Part shown: positions 28,991 to 42,244 of the stretch, piece by piece
Layout: the number at the start of each line of letters is the position of its first letter
How positions within the stretch are numbered: the first letter of the stretch is position 1
NCBI GenBank assembly: GCA_964016885.1
Contig: OZ024760.1
Location: 23,498,001-23,562,000, forward strand
Direction: 5' to 3'
Origin: Eledone cirrhosa
Lineage: Eukaryota
DNA: 64,000 nucleotides
Notes under the pieces: model-generated
What the model saw: only the letters and a program-made list of their open reading frames with translations
Told to the model about the DNA's origin: nothing
The model's database searches: none
Translations under genes and position numbers: made by a program

Positions 28991-29061
28991 GCCATAAATA
29001 AATACTGCAAGGCATTTCCATCAATCACTACCAATTCTGTAAATACAACAATTACTCTAAT

Positions 29062-29435
29062 AATTGTTTCTACTTTTGGCACAAGGCCAGCAATTATCCC
29101 ATGTATTACTGGTACTTTATTTTATCGACCCAGTAAGGATTAAAGGCAAAGTTAATATCGGCGGGATTCGAACTCAGAATGGCAAGGGCCGTAACTATAT
29201 GCTTCAAAGCATAGCGTCCGACCCTCTACCGATACTGCCAATATATAATTGTTTCTACTTTAGGCACAAGGCCAGCATTACCCAATGCATTACTGGTACT
29301 TTATTTTATCGATCCAGTAAGTATGAAAGCAAAGATCACCACGGCGGGATTCGAACTCAGCATGGCAAGGGCCGTAACTCTGTGCTTCAAAGCATAGCGT
29401 CCGACACTCTACCGATACTGCCAACCACCCGCCCT
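29062..29435 (-). mobile_element. Two tandem tRNA-derived SINEs
   Basis: Reverse complement of A box tggcagtatcgg, B box gagttcgaatccc and the body ctttgcctttcatccttac.gggtcgataaaataaagtaccagt. Confidence 0.85.
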
Positions 29436-29730
29436 AATTACTCTAATAATGGCTTCAAAAATTGGCATACACTCATAGTGAGTGAATTGGAAGTAATGGA
29501 ATACAATTGAAAGAAGTGACCTAGTATTTGACTAAGAGTTCATTTTATCGACCCCGAAACAATAAGGGGCAACATTAACCTCAGTAACCTTTGAAATCTG
29601 GCCACCGTGAATAGTCATATACAGATATAGAGAGAGATATCGTTCGACCCTCTAACGAGTGTATATTATCATTTACGGGACTTGAAGTCTCAAATTCGAA
29701 GGAAATCATCAAGAAAGCCCTGATAATTTC

Positions 29731-30097
29731 TTGGCAGTATCGGTAGAGGGTCGGACGCCATGCTTTGGCGCATAGAATTACGGCCCATGCCATTCTGAGG
29801 TCAAATCCCGCCGAGGTTAACTTTGCCTTTCATCCTTACTGGGTCGATAAAATAAAGTACCAGTAATGCATTGGGTAATTGCTGGCCTTGTGCCTAAAGT
29901 AGAAACAATTATTTATTGGCAGTATCGGTAGAGGGTCGGACGCTATGCTTTGAAGCATAGAGTTACGGCCCTTGCCATTCTGAGTTCGAATCCTGCCGAG
30001 GTTAACTTTGCCTTTCATCCTTACGGGGTCAATAAAATAACGTACCAGTCATGTACTGGTGTATTTGCTGGCCTTGTGCCAAAAGTAGAAACAATTA
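29731..30097 (+). mobile_element. Two tandem tRNA-derived SINEs
   Basis: Copies at 29731-29910 and 29917-30097 with Pol III A/B boxes and the same body (resembles the MetaSINE-type central domain, from recall). Confidence 0.85.
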
Positions 30098-30513
30098 TCA
30101 TTTCCCTCCAAATATTACTACAGCTGCGTAGAGTGCTGCTGATACTGCAGCTACTAATACTAGGGCTGCTGCGGGTGGTGGTGGTGGTGGTGCAGCTACT
30201 ATCCCTACTACTACTGCTGTAGTTGCTGCTGCTTCAATTATTTGTAATGGTAATAATGAGGTATATATGTACATATATGTATGTATATATATATATGTAT
30301 GTATGCATGTATATGTGTATGTGTATGTATGTATATGTATGTATGTATAGGTATGTATATACATGTATATATATATATGTATGTGTATGTATGTATGTAA
30401 GTATATGTATGTATGCATATATGTATTTGTATGTATGTATGTATATACAGTTTTGTATATATATGTATGTATGTATGTATATATATGTATATATGTATAT
30501 ATGTATATGTATG

Positions 30514-30554
<41 letters not shown>

Positions 30555-30562
30555 GTATATAT

Positions 30563-30596
<34 letters not shown>

Positions 30597-30742
30597 GTAT
30601 ATATATATGTATGTATGGATATATATATATGTATGTTTATATATAGGTAGGTATGTGTATATATATATATATACATACATACATACTTATATATATACAT
30701 ATATACATACATGCATATATATATATATATACATATACATAC

Positions 30743-30854
<112 letters not shown>

Positions 30855-31465
30855 GTATGTATATGTATATATATGTATGTATATGTATATATATATATAT
30901 ATATGTATGTATATATACATATATAAATATATATATATATATATATTTATAAATGCGTGTGTATGTATGACAGAAGTGAAAGGACCAAAGTACAAGCAAT
31001 CCGGTCCTTTTCACCAACCAAATTACACCCAGTTTCTATGTATTGCTATCTACTGCCAGACAAGATTCCTTGCTTTTGCCAATTTCTAATTGATTCTTAA
31101 AACAATAAAAGAAAATTGGAACCAAACCAAATTGGTAAGGAAAGATAGAATCCGAAGGAAATCTATGAGAAGTTCAAGTAATTGGAATAAAGAAAACCAA
31201 GATAAAAAAAATACGATAATAAATAAAAAAAAAGTAACACAGAAAAAAATATGAAATGAAATAACAAAAATACGTATAAAGTAATAATATATAAAAAATA
31301 AAAGTCAAAAGGCAATAAACAACAAAATGAATATAAAAACAAACAAATATAACTAAAAAAAACAAACATTAAAAGTAGTAAAATGATGCCTGGAAGAGCA
31401 ATAATCTTAAGAATTAGGATAACATAGAATAATAATAATAACAATTATTATTATTACTATTATTA

Positions 31466-31501
<36 letters not shown>

Positions 31502-31995
31502 GTAGTACCGCAACAACGACAACAACAACAAGACATCAGGAACAACAACAACAATAATTACAATAAGGACAACAGCAACCACGACAGCAGGCAGAATAAC
31601 AGCAATAAAAACAAAAATAATAGTAATAATTACTACAACAATGACAACAGAAACAAGAATGAGAAGGGGAAGAAGAAAAAGTAAAAAAAGACGAAGATGA
31701 AGAAGAAAGAGAAAATGAAGAAGTAGAAGAAGACGAATGGGAAGAAGGGGAAGAAAAAGAAAAAGAAGAAAAAGGAGGAGGAGGATAAGAAGTAGAAGAA
31801 AAAGAAAAAGAAGAAGAAAAAGGAGGAGGAGGATAAGAAGTAGAAGATGAAGAATGAGGAGAAGATGAAGAAAAAACCCTATCACCATAATGCGGCCATT
31901 ATTTGCCATAGGTAAAAACATGATTAAGAATATTACAACTAGATGTAATAAATATTTTAGTATGTACTGAAATATATATATATCACCATATATGA

Positions 31996-32072
<77 letters not shown>

Positions 32073-32205
32073 CATACATATATGTGTATATATATATATG
32101 CATACTTATATGTGTGTGTATATATATATACATATATATATATATGCATACATATGTGTATATATATATATGCATACATATGTGTGTGTGTATATATATA
32201 TATAC

Positions 32206-32251
<46 letters not shown>

Positions 32252-32328
32252 GTATATATATATATATAAGCATACATATGTGTATATATATATATATACA
32301 TACATATATGTGTATATATATATACATG

Positions 32329-32360
<32 letters not shown>

Positions 32361-32531
32361 CATACATATATGTGTTTATATATATATATATATATACATG
32401 TGTATATATACATATATATATATATATATGCATACATATATGTATATATATATATTTACATGTGTATATATACATATGTATATATATATATATATATATA
32501 TGTATACATATATGTGTATATATATATATAC

Positions 32532-32570
<39 letters not shown>

Positions 32571-32813
32571 TATATAATATATATATATATATATAATTCC
32601 GGAGTATTCCATCTTCCCCGAGGGTCCGGGTAACTATTTCAATCATATCTCATTTTGTTTGACCCGTTTAGCTTGTTCGCTTTTTTGGCTAAGGTGGTTA
32701 ATAACTTATAGCTCTAGTATCTTCTTCATATCCATGGAGCCCTTGTCTGCACAATACGGAAGTTACGTTTCCCTATTTTCTACCCGCCGAAATTCGATTC
32801 TCGCTAATATATG

Positions 32814-32883
<70 letters not shown>

Positions 32884-32887
<4 letters not shown>

Positions 32888-33262
32888 AAGTTTTATTTAA
32901 ATTGTTGGGTTACAACGAGTAAATATTTATAACTGATATAAAAGCACTCAACAAGTATTTGGAGTATATATACGATATTAAATAAATGGAAACTATATTT
33001 ATAAAACCATATTTATTTCATTAAAAATATGGTATGCCTTCATCAGACAAAATACAATATAAACAGTCTTATAAATAGATAAATCAACTTTTTAAATGGA
33101 AGTTTAAGTGTAAGGTATGTCAAATCTATCTATTTATAAGACTGTTTATATTGTATTTTGTCTGATGAAGGCATACCATATTTTTAATATGAAATCCCTG
33201 AAATATATATAATGAAATAAATATGGTTTTATAAATATAGTTTCCATTTATTTAATATCGTA
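32884..33262. mobile_element. Family B inverted-repeat HHR element, copy 2 (HHR 33155-33218, +)
   Basis: Near-identical to 4884-5218. The left arm is longer but carries an internal deletion removing the GAAA/AUA half. Confidence 0.75.
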
Positions 33263-33633
33263 TATATATATATATATACCTGTGTGTGTGCTTTGTGTGT
33301 ATATGTATATATAGTGTACAACACCAAATATAGAAATGCACTTAATCTGTTGACTATTTCTTATCTTATTTTATAATCTTCGGATTTTCTATATTTTCCA
33401 TAATCTTTTTTTTCCAATTGTTTTCGTTTTATTTCTATGTTAGTTTGTTTCGCAGCTTATTATTAATGTTTATGTATTCACGTGGTTAATACCATTTTAT
33501 TATTCATAGAATATTTATTATTATAAAATACTATATCTCAGAACTATAGATATTTGTCCTGCGTTCATGTGTAAAGATATTACGAGCATTTAATTAGTTT
33601 CGGCATTTGTAAAAAAGATAAAAAAGTCTTTCT

Positions 33634-34250
33634 CGAGCCCAGAGGCTCATTAGGCTGCAACTTGTTCAGGTTTTTGTAGCGTTAAGTGACTGTTTGTTCA
33701 AGAATCTCTCTAGGATTGTACGCCAGTCTATCGAAGGATTAATCTCCATCTAGAGTCCGTGGGATCATCACGCTGGTGCATATCAGGGTTTCTATAGCGT
33801 TATAGCGTTAAGTGATTGACAGTTCAAGACTATCCCTAGGACAGAACACCAATCTATCGCAATATTAGAGCCCATTTAGAGCCCATGGTATCATCACGCT
33901 ATTGATTATTCCAATTTATTTAGAGCAAAGCGGGGGAGAATTCGTGAATCTTCCTAGGACAGAACACCACTCTATCGCAAGTATAAAATCTGCCTATGTC
34001 CGGAAGCTCATCAGGCGGGAGCTTATCCTGGTTTCTGTAGCCTTAAGCGACCAAGAGTTCAATAATCACCCTAGGACCGAACGCCAGTGTATTGCAGTGT
34101 TGAAGCCTTTCTAGGGCGCGAAGGGTCATCAGGCTTGTTATTATCCCGGTTTTTGTAGAATTAAGCCTTTAAGAATTGAACATTCCCTACTGTACAGGAC
34201 GCCAGTCCATCGCAGGATCAAATAACCAAATATAGCTGCTGGTACTCGTG
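33634..34250 (-). repeat. About 5 diverged ~120-bp tandem units derived from a SINE 3' region
   Basis: Recurring ggctcatcaggc..ttatcccggtttctgtagc.ttaag.gac..ccctaggac.gaacgccagtc.atcgcag, resembling the reverse strand of CORE/V-type SINE ends (from recall). Confidence 0.55.
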
Positions 34251-35049
34251 TTCAGATGACTCTACTAGAACAACATAAAATGAAGTTTAAAAAGTGCTCT
34301 AGCTCTAGAAACGCCGTATTTCAATACAGCACCCCTTTTGAAATCCACATGAGTTACGAGACCATACATACTGGTTACGTTTATCATCTGAATCACAAAT
34401 ATGGAGGAGTTTAGGTGAAGATTCCTTAAGAAGTGTTTGGCAAGTTTTCCACGGCTGTTGTATCGGATGTAATATTTAAAAGTGGTGTGCCCGTAAATAA
34501 ACGAAATCAATAGGAAGTTAATACGTAATTTTCCCAGTTGAAACGCCTTTAATCATAAATCTGCCAGGTCATGTTTAATTTCTGGAGCTAATCAACTATA
34601 AAGTTGACCTTTACGAAATGCTGTATGGGAAACTAATATATCATGCTATGTCATAAAACGGTTAATATCTGAATATATTGCAACCAGTAGGAATTTCACT
34701 AATATCTTCTTTGAAGTATGAACATATTGAAAATATCACACCCCAATGTATTAATTACATTCGGGCCTACATTTCCATATTATGAGATCGATGACATTCA
34801 CAGATGTACAAGGCAACGAGGCAGATATTAGTAAGTGCTTCAACACAGCCATCTTAGAAAAAGTATACAACGCTGAAAAATGTAGCGTTCCTTGAAAAAC
34901 ACACGAAGAACGGTAGGGTTATGGCTTGGAGGAGTTTTATCACTAATTCCATCGCTCTGGAAAGGTTCAATTCCGGTGTTCAGAAATTTGCCCGTAAACA
35001 TGTATTTATATATATATATATACAGTATACAGATAGATAAATAGATAAC

Positions 35050-35510
35050 TTTCTTTTTATTTGCCCCCAGGGCATCAAAGAGTAGGATAAGTACAATGGG
35101 GGGGGGGTTACATAAAAAGGCGTCCTCAATAAGGAGGAGGCAATAACAAGATATAAAAAATAATATATAAAATATAACAAAAATAAATTTAATAACAAAA
35201 TCCTCAATAGGGAGGAGGCGCCTTGGGGGGTCGCACACACCTCCGAAAAAGTTGTGCAACCCTTCTCCTCAGGAGCACAGAGAGGGGGTGCTCCCTTGAT
35301 CTTTCATCTTCCTCACCTATAGTCTGTAGAATGAAGGCCCATTCACACGGGCCATTCTCGCCACTTTCACCTTATCTTTCATAAGAACGGTTGGGGTGCA
35401 GCACCTCTCTCACCATCCTGATCCTTCTTCCGAAATTATATCGGAAGAAACGGACCAGTTGTTGGCCAGAGAGAAAGGTGTCTGACCTTCTTCCTTTTCC
35501 AGCCTCACTT
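35050..35510 (-). mobile_element. Probable L1/Tx1 LINE 3' fragment
   Basis: Minus translation DTFLSGQQLVRFFRYNFGRRIRMVREVLHP..ER*/VKVARMARVN resembles L1-Tx1 ORF2 C-termini. The 3' UTR has a duplicated gcctcctc..tattgagga and ends in an A-rich tail. Confidence 0.5.
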
Positions 35511-35653
35511 TCATATGGATTATATTTTTGTCTTTAAAATCCACTGTCAATAAATACACCAAGATTTTTTCATTCTGATGACTGAAAGCAAATTTTGTTT
35601 GCTTTCACGAAACCACTGGCAAATGAAATAATTATCTTATGTTGTTTATTACA

Positions 35654-35718
<65 letters not shown>

Positions 35719-36208
35719 CAGAGAATGAGAGTCATTTATATATGAAAAGGCACTATATGTGTAGGGTTGTATGGAATGCATTGATCCATGAATAATTGAA
35801 TGTGTGAATGCATTTTAGCATCATATATGCGTACGCGTATATAAACATGTCAGTCTATAGTGATATATTATATGGAAAGCATTTAAGTTCAACAGTTAGC
35901 TAGAAGCCAGTTGAACTTCAACACTTAATTCACTAGATCCTGCCAGATATCCATCAAATAATAGTTATGACATATTCCAAATTTGCCAACAGATATAGTT
36001 ATATGTTATATCACTCCTGGCAATAACCGTATTACTATCAGTACAGGCCACACGCATACGCTTTCTCACACATTTTACCTAGATAATCGGATGAATTCCA
36101 ATGGGGCCACGTTTAGATAGATACCCATGAACGGGTATCTATCTATGCTCAGCCGTCGGGCTCCTACTCGTTCCTATTTATATATATATATATATATCAT
36201 TTGATATA

Positions 36209-36239
<31 letters not shown>

Positions 36240-36262
36240 TTATATATATATATATATATATC

Positions 36263-36302
<40 letters not shown>

Positions 36303-36602
36303 CCTATATAAATATATATTTATATATATATATACTTATATGTATATATTTATATATATATATATATACTTTTATATATATATATATACTTATATATATA
36401 TATTTATATATATATATATCTATATATATATATCTATATATATACATATATATATAAATATATACATATATATATATATATTTATATATATATATATATA
36501 TACTTACATATATTTATATATATATACATATATATATATATTTATATATATATGTATATATATACTTATATATATATATACATATATACTTATATATATA
36601 TT

Positions 36603-36633
<31 letters not shown>

Positions 36634-36672
36634 ATATATATTTATATATATATATTTATATATTTACATATT

Positions 36673-36705
<33 letters not shown>

Positions 36706-36733
36706 ATTTATATATATATTTATATATATATAT

Positions 36734-36851
<118 letters not shown>

Positions 36852-37121
36852 TATAAATTATGTCATAGAATCATTTCATAAGATATATATCATTTGATAT
36901 ATATATATATTTATTTATATATATATATGTATATATATATATCATTTGATATATATATATATATCATTTGATATATATATATATGTATATATATATATCA
37001 TTTCATATATATATGTGTATATATATATATATTTATATATATATATATATCATTTCATATATATATATGTGTATACATATATATATATATTTATATATAT
37101 ATATCATTTCATATATATATT

Positions 37122-37156
<35 letters not shown>

Positions 37157-37157
37157 C

Positions 37158-37206
<49 letters not shown>

Positions 37207-37207
<1 letters not shown>

Positions 37208-37399
37208 GGAACCAGTAAGACCCCGACAGCTGAGCTCAAGCCGTTTCGACGGCTAATTCTGGTCCAGAATTAGCCGTCGAAACGGCTTGAGCTCAGCTGT
37301 CGGGGTCTTACTGGTTCCTATTACCCACTCTACTACCTCAAGTATTGAGTACTTTGGTGCGTTATGGTCCACCTGGTTCCTTACCACATTTCCTTCGTT
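37207..37399. mobile_element. Family D mini-element: perfect palindrome 37207-37319 plus ~80-bp tail
   Basis: Centre at 37263. Both arms share the private variant cagctgtc/gacagctg. Confidence 0.85.
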
Positions 37400-37749
37400 A
37401 TATATTTATATATATATATGCATACTAAATTTGCTCCCAAATGTTTCACTCTCTATATATATACGAATTTTCCAAGAAAAAAATGTGTGTATATATATAT
37501 ATACACACATATTTATTCATGGAAATTTAGTATCTTCTTGTTTTCTTCTTTCTATTTTCATTACGTTTTTATCTATTATTTAAAATTAATTTTTTTTTTT
37601 GTTTATTTATTCACAATTTTCTCACTTAACATCAATTTATCTCTGTGACTCGAATTCGGCGCCATTTAAAATAAATAAATAAATAATAATAATTATATTA
37701 ACCGTATTAATAATAAGCAAATAAATAAATCGGACAAAATTAAGACAAG

Positions 37750-38560
37750 TACTTTCACACATTTAAAGATGTTGAGACACGTACGTTACACATCCACCCA
37801 CACACACATTTACACATTTAAAGTTTTACACACACGTGCGTTACACATCTAGGGTTTTACACTGACGCTCAAACACACATTTACACATTTAAAGATGTAT
37901 ACACACGTACCTTAGACATCCACAGGGTTTACTCAGACACTCTAACACACAGTTACACATTTAAAGATTTATACACACGTACGTTACACATCCAGGGGTT
38001 TACACACACACTGAAACACACATTTATATATTTAAAGATTTATACACACGTACGTTACACCTCCAGGGGTTTACACGGACACTCAAACACACATTTACAC
38101 ATTTAAAGATTTATACACACGTACGTTACACATCCAGGTGTTTACACTGACAATCAAACACACATTTACAGATTTAAACATTTACACACGTACGTTACCC
38201 ATCCAGTGGTTTACACTGATAATCAAACACGCATTTACTGATTTAAAGATTTACACACGCGTACAATTACACCACCAGACGTTTACACGCACACATATTT
38301 AGAGATTTACACACATGCGTCTTCACAACCAGACGTTTACACATTTACAGAAATACAGTTTTACACACACATACGTTTACACCACCATATGGTTACCCAG
38401 ACACACATAATTACAGATTTACACACACACACATGCGTTTACACCACCATATGTTTACACAGACAAACATATTTACAGATTTACACATACGTACGTTTAC
38501 ACACACACATGCGTTTACACATACCACCGTGTACAGATACACGCATTTACACATTCACCT
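37750..38560. repeat. Diverged ~60-bp minisatellite
   Basis: Units acacatttacacatttaaagatttatacacacgtacgttacacatccaggggtttacac. Confidence 0.8.
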
Positions 38561-38696
38561 AGACATAGAACCTCATGCAGTCACACTGACAACCATAAAT
38601 TATAAAAGCTATTAGAATTACAATTTACGGATGTAATCAAGAACTATTTTGTTCTAATTTCATCATTTATTAACATCCAGACGATAGGAAGAGAAA

Positions 38697-38808
38697 TAAT
38701 TGTTTCTACTTTTGGCCCCAGGCCAGCAATTACCAAGCAAATTACTAGTACTTTATTTATCGACCCCGTAACAATGAAAGGGAAAGTGAACCTCAGCGGG
38801 ATTTGAAC
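38697..38808 (-). mobile_element. Partial SINE (same family as 29062)
   Basis: aattgtttctacttttggc..gtactttatttatcgaccccgtaa..gcgggatttgaac. Confidence 0.75.
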
Positions 38809-39473
38809 TAAGGAAGAGAAATAGTGAAAGATAGCGAGAGAATGATAGAGGAATAGATAGATGGATAGATAGATAGGTAGTTAGAAAGATATATAGATAG
38901 ATAGATAGATAGATAGGTAAGTAGCTGACTATATATATAGAGAGAGATAGAGAAGAGTTGAGAGCATGAGTGAGTCATGGTTAAGTGATTAAGGAGCAAT
39001 AGTGTAATGAGTAAAACCAGTAAAATCACATACATACCAACATACCAGATTTATGCCTGTGATTATTGGGGCACTGGGGTATGTTAGTAACTGCCTCAAT
39101 ACAACTCTTGAGAAGCTAGGCTTCACGGGAATATAAAGAACACAACTAGTTAGGATATTACAAGTACAATCCATTAATGGAACAGTAAAAATATGTAAAA
39201 CATTCCAAAAATGTTGCATCTAATAACTGCATATACACATGCAAAGCATATACACGTGTACACATACAACTCAAAACATAGACATCCACACATACAATAA
39301 CATCCATATCTACACATGCATGCATACATACATATCTACCTAGTTGATGTTGTGTAAATTCCAATGAGAGAGTCTTGTGTCTATGTTAGAAACCAACTCT
39401 CTCTCTATTGGTAAAACTTTGTGAAATTATAAAACCAGAAGAACATACATACATACATACATACATACATACA

Positions 39474-39504
<31 letters not shown>

Positions 39505-39595
39505 CCCTAGCATAACTACAGACCAATGATGGAAAGCAGTATAATATTAAAAGAGGACACATACATATATGTATATAAAAGTACACACACAGAGG

Positions 39596-39626
<31 letters not shown>

Positions 39627-41061
39627 GTAAGTAGCTGACTATATATATAGAGAGAGATAGAGAAGAGTTGTGTGTACACAACAGAAGTCTGATCAGCTTT
39701 TGATTCCGGGGTCGAGTCCCAATCGATAGAGATCGAACATTAAGTTGTTCAATCGAGAAACGCGCGTCAATTCTGAATGACCCTTGCTTCGCCCTCTCTC
39801 AATTTTTCTGAATTTCATTTATCTGTCACTGATGTCGCGGATTGTCTCTCTGCCAACCGCTGGCGTGTTTCCTATTAAGCATGTTTGACCACAGCGCCAT
39901 TGACAGCATTTAGGTATTTTAACAGCCCTTCTAACGATGAGTTTTCTCATTTTTATATAAATTAAAAAATACTCTAGCTTCGACTCCATCAGAGATAACA
40001 CTGTGGCAGATATATTTTCTGAAACTCCACTGTTATTTTTGTATATATTTGAAAACTCTGGAAAGATGGTAGCGATAGAGCAGTCATAAAATTGTCCCAT
40101 ATTCAACTAGCAATATTATTTCAACAGTAGCTCGTATCACATCGTATAATGAGAACCGGTTTACACACGCTATTTGTTGGTAGAATATAGCCTAATAAAA
40201 TTCAGCGATTGGACAGCAAAAGAAATAGCGAAACTCAGAAACGTTTATAAAGTAGGGAAAGACGAAACGAAAACAATAAATATGCAAAACGCGTTAACTT
40301 CCATTTCTCTGTAGCAAAATTTCTATGAATATTCTCATTAAATAGACCCCATCGATATGCTATGCAATCGCCCAAACATTTCTGTCACCTTAATGAAGAG
40401 CTGGAAACTTGACGAATATTTCAAAGACATTATTGCAACGTAATTTGGCATTAATCAGGAATTCGAAAGACCATAATTGTTACAATTACTAGAAAACATC
40501 AAACAGTTAATATTACCCTGGAACTGGCCATAAAAAAGAGAAAGATAGAAAGAAAGAAAAGAAGATAAAAAAAAATAGTGAATATGAAAATGAAGGTAAA
40601 ATTGTGATGGCGATGTAGGATGAGCGTGTAGAGATGTAGGAAAATTTCGCAACGTTTGAAGGTGTGAAAAAGGAGCGAGAGAGAGAGGGGGGAGAGTGAG
40701 AGAGAGAGGTGGTGGGAGAAAGGGGGAGAATGGAGGAGATAGGGAAAACAAGATGAAGGCGTGTGAGAGATAAATGGAGGATTAATGATTGCTTTTGAAC
40801 ATGGCAGCAAAACACGGCAGAATACATGCAACACATTACTAAATGAACTAAATAAGAGAAGTTCGTAACCGCTAGAAATAGCAGCCAGATTTCTAAATCT
40901 AATAGACTACCTAGACTTATGAATTTATTAATTTTATAAATGAAATGACACATTTAAACAATGAAATTGTAGGCAATTAAAATGATGGCATGGTGATGGT
41001 TCAGCAGGGCGAAACTAGGACTTAACAACAAAAAGGGGCAGATTAGATAATACGTACCACA

Positions 41062-41420
41062 TATGAAGGGCGTCTGAAACGTTTACAGGCTAAAAAGTTC
41101 ATTTGTTGACCAAGATACTCTCATGGAATGACCAAATGTGGTTTGTATTTCAACATAGTCCTTGGAAATAAACAATGCAGTTATTAATAAGAAGAGTTGA
41201 AATTAATACATGCAAGATTTCACACCTCTAGCATCACTCCTTATAGTCAGCCTATGACCAAGATACTCTCATGGAATGACCAAATGAGGTTTATCTTTCA
41301 ATATAATCCCTGTAAATAAACAATACTGTTATGAATAAGAGTTGAAATTAATGCATGCAAGATTTCACAGCTCTAGCATCAATACACAATGAGCCTATGA
41401 ACTTTCAGCTGACCTTCGTA
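41062..41420. mobile_element. Mariner/Tc1-like MITE with an internal ~140-bp duplication
   Basis: Imperfect TIRs tatgaagggcgtctgaaacgtttacaggct and agcctatgaactttcagctgaccttcgta with TA ends; gaccaagatactctcatggaatgaccaaatg occurs twice. Confidence 0.6.
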
Positions 41421-41433
41421 CATTCTGCCTTAA

Positions 41434-41654
41434 CCCTTTAGCATTCACATTACACTATATTTACTATTATATTTTCACAGTAAACACTCCATTTCACATA
41501 ATTATCTCACATAATATTGAATCTACGAGATTTTGATATTATTTATTTTGAGAACAATACCTTAACATAAGTATTAATGGACAGGTACGGCCAGTTTGAA
41601 CAGAAAGAGGTGAGAGAAATCTGGCCGGATCTGACCGGTTTAAATGCTAAAGGG
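41434..41654. mobile_element. piggyBac-like MITE
   Basis: TIRs ccctttagcatt / aatgctaaaggg; left flank TTAA, right flank ttta(a). Confidence 0.6.
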
Positions 41655-42135
41655 TTTAAAATGAACCTGGACATGCGCAACAGGAATACTTTTGGTGATA
41701 AAGTTCTGTATCAAGAATTTTGAGAGGAATTCTGCACTGCATACCAGAACGGCTTCCAGATCGTTAACAGTTGGCGAAATATTTCCTTAAACCTAATGTC
41801 AGCCATAACCCTAATAATAATCATTACCTTAACCATAACGCTAACGAGTTTATATGCAAAATAGTGAAAACTCCACCCACGCAACCATACATTTGTAACA
41901 TGGTTATAGTTTAAAGTGTAGACATATGACTCTAGGAATCCTTCGTTCTAGGGTTAATAGATATATGAAAGCTGATATCAAATATGGCGGCATCTTTTCC
42001 AATATTTTATTGCATCGTTGTAACTTATAATGTATAGATAGAGGGTTCTTAGCTTTTCTTAGTTCTTCAGACCTTCAGATTTTTAAGACCTTCGTATGGG
42101 TTTACAACGACACAAAGGGAGTGGAGAGAGAGAGA

Positions 42136-42244
<109 letters not shown>

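Noticed and set aside
29731-29815. tRNA gene
   Set aside because: A and B boxes belong to a multi-copy SINE head; no complete cloverleaf is visible.
34005-34030. ctgatgag on the minus strand as an HHR core
   Set aside because: It is part of a SINE-derived unit, with no stem II-GAAA-NUH arrangement nearby.
39819-40106. 95-aa minus-strand ORF in unique sequence
   Set aside because: No recognisable motif or supporting gene structure.
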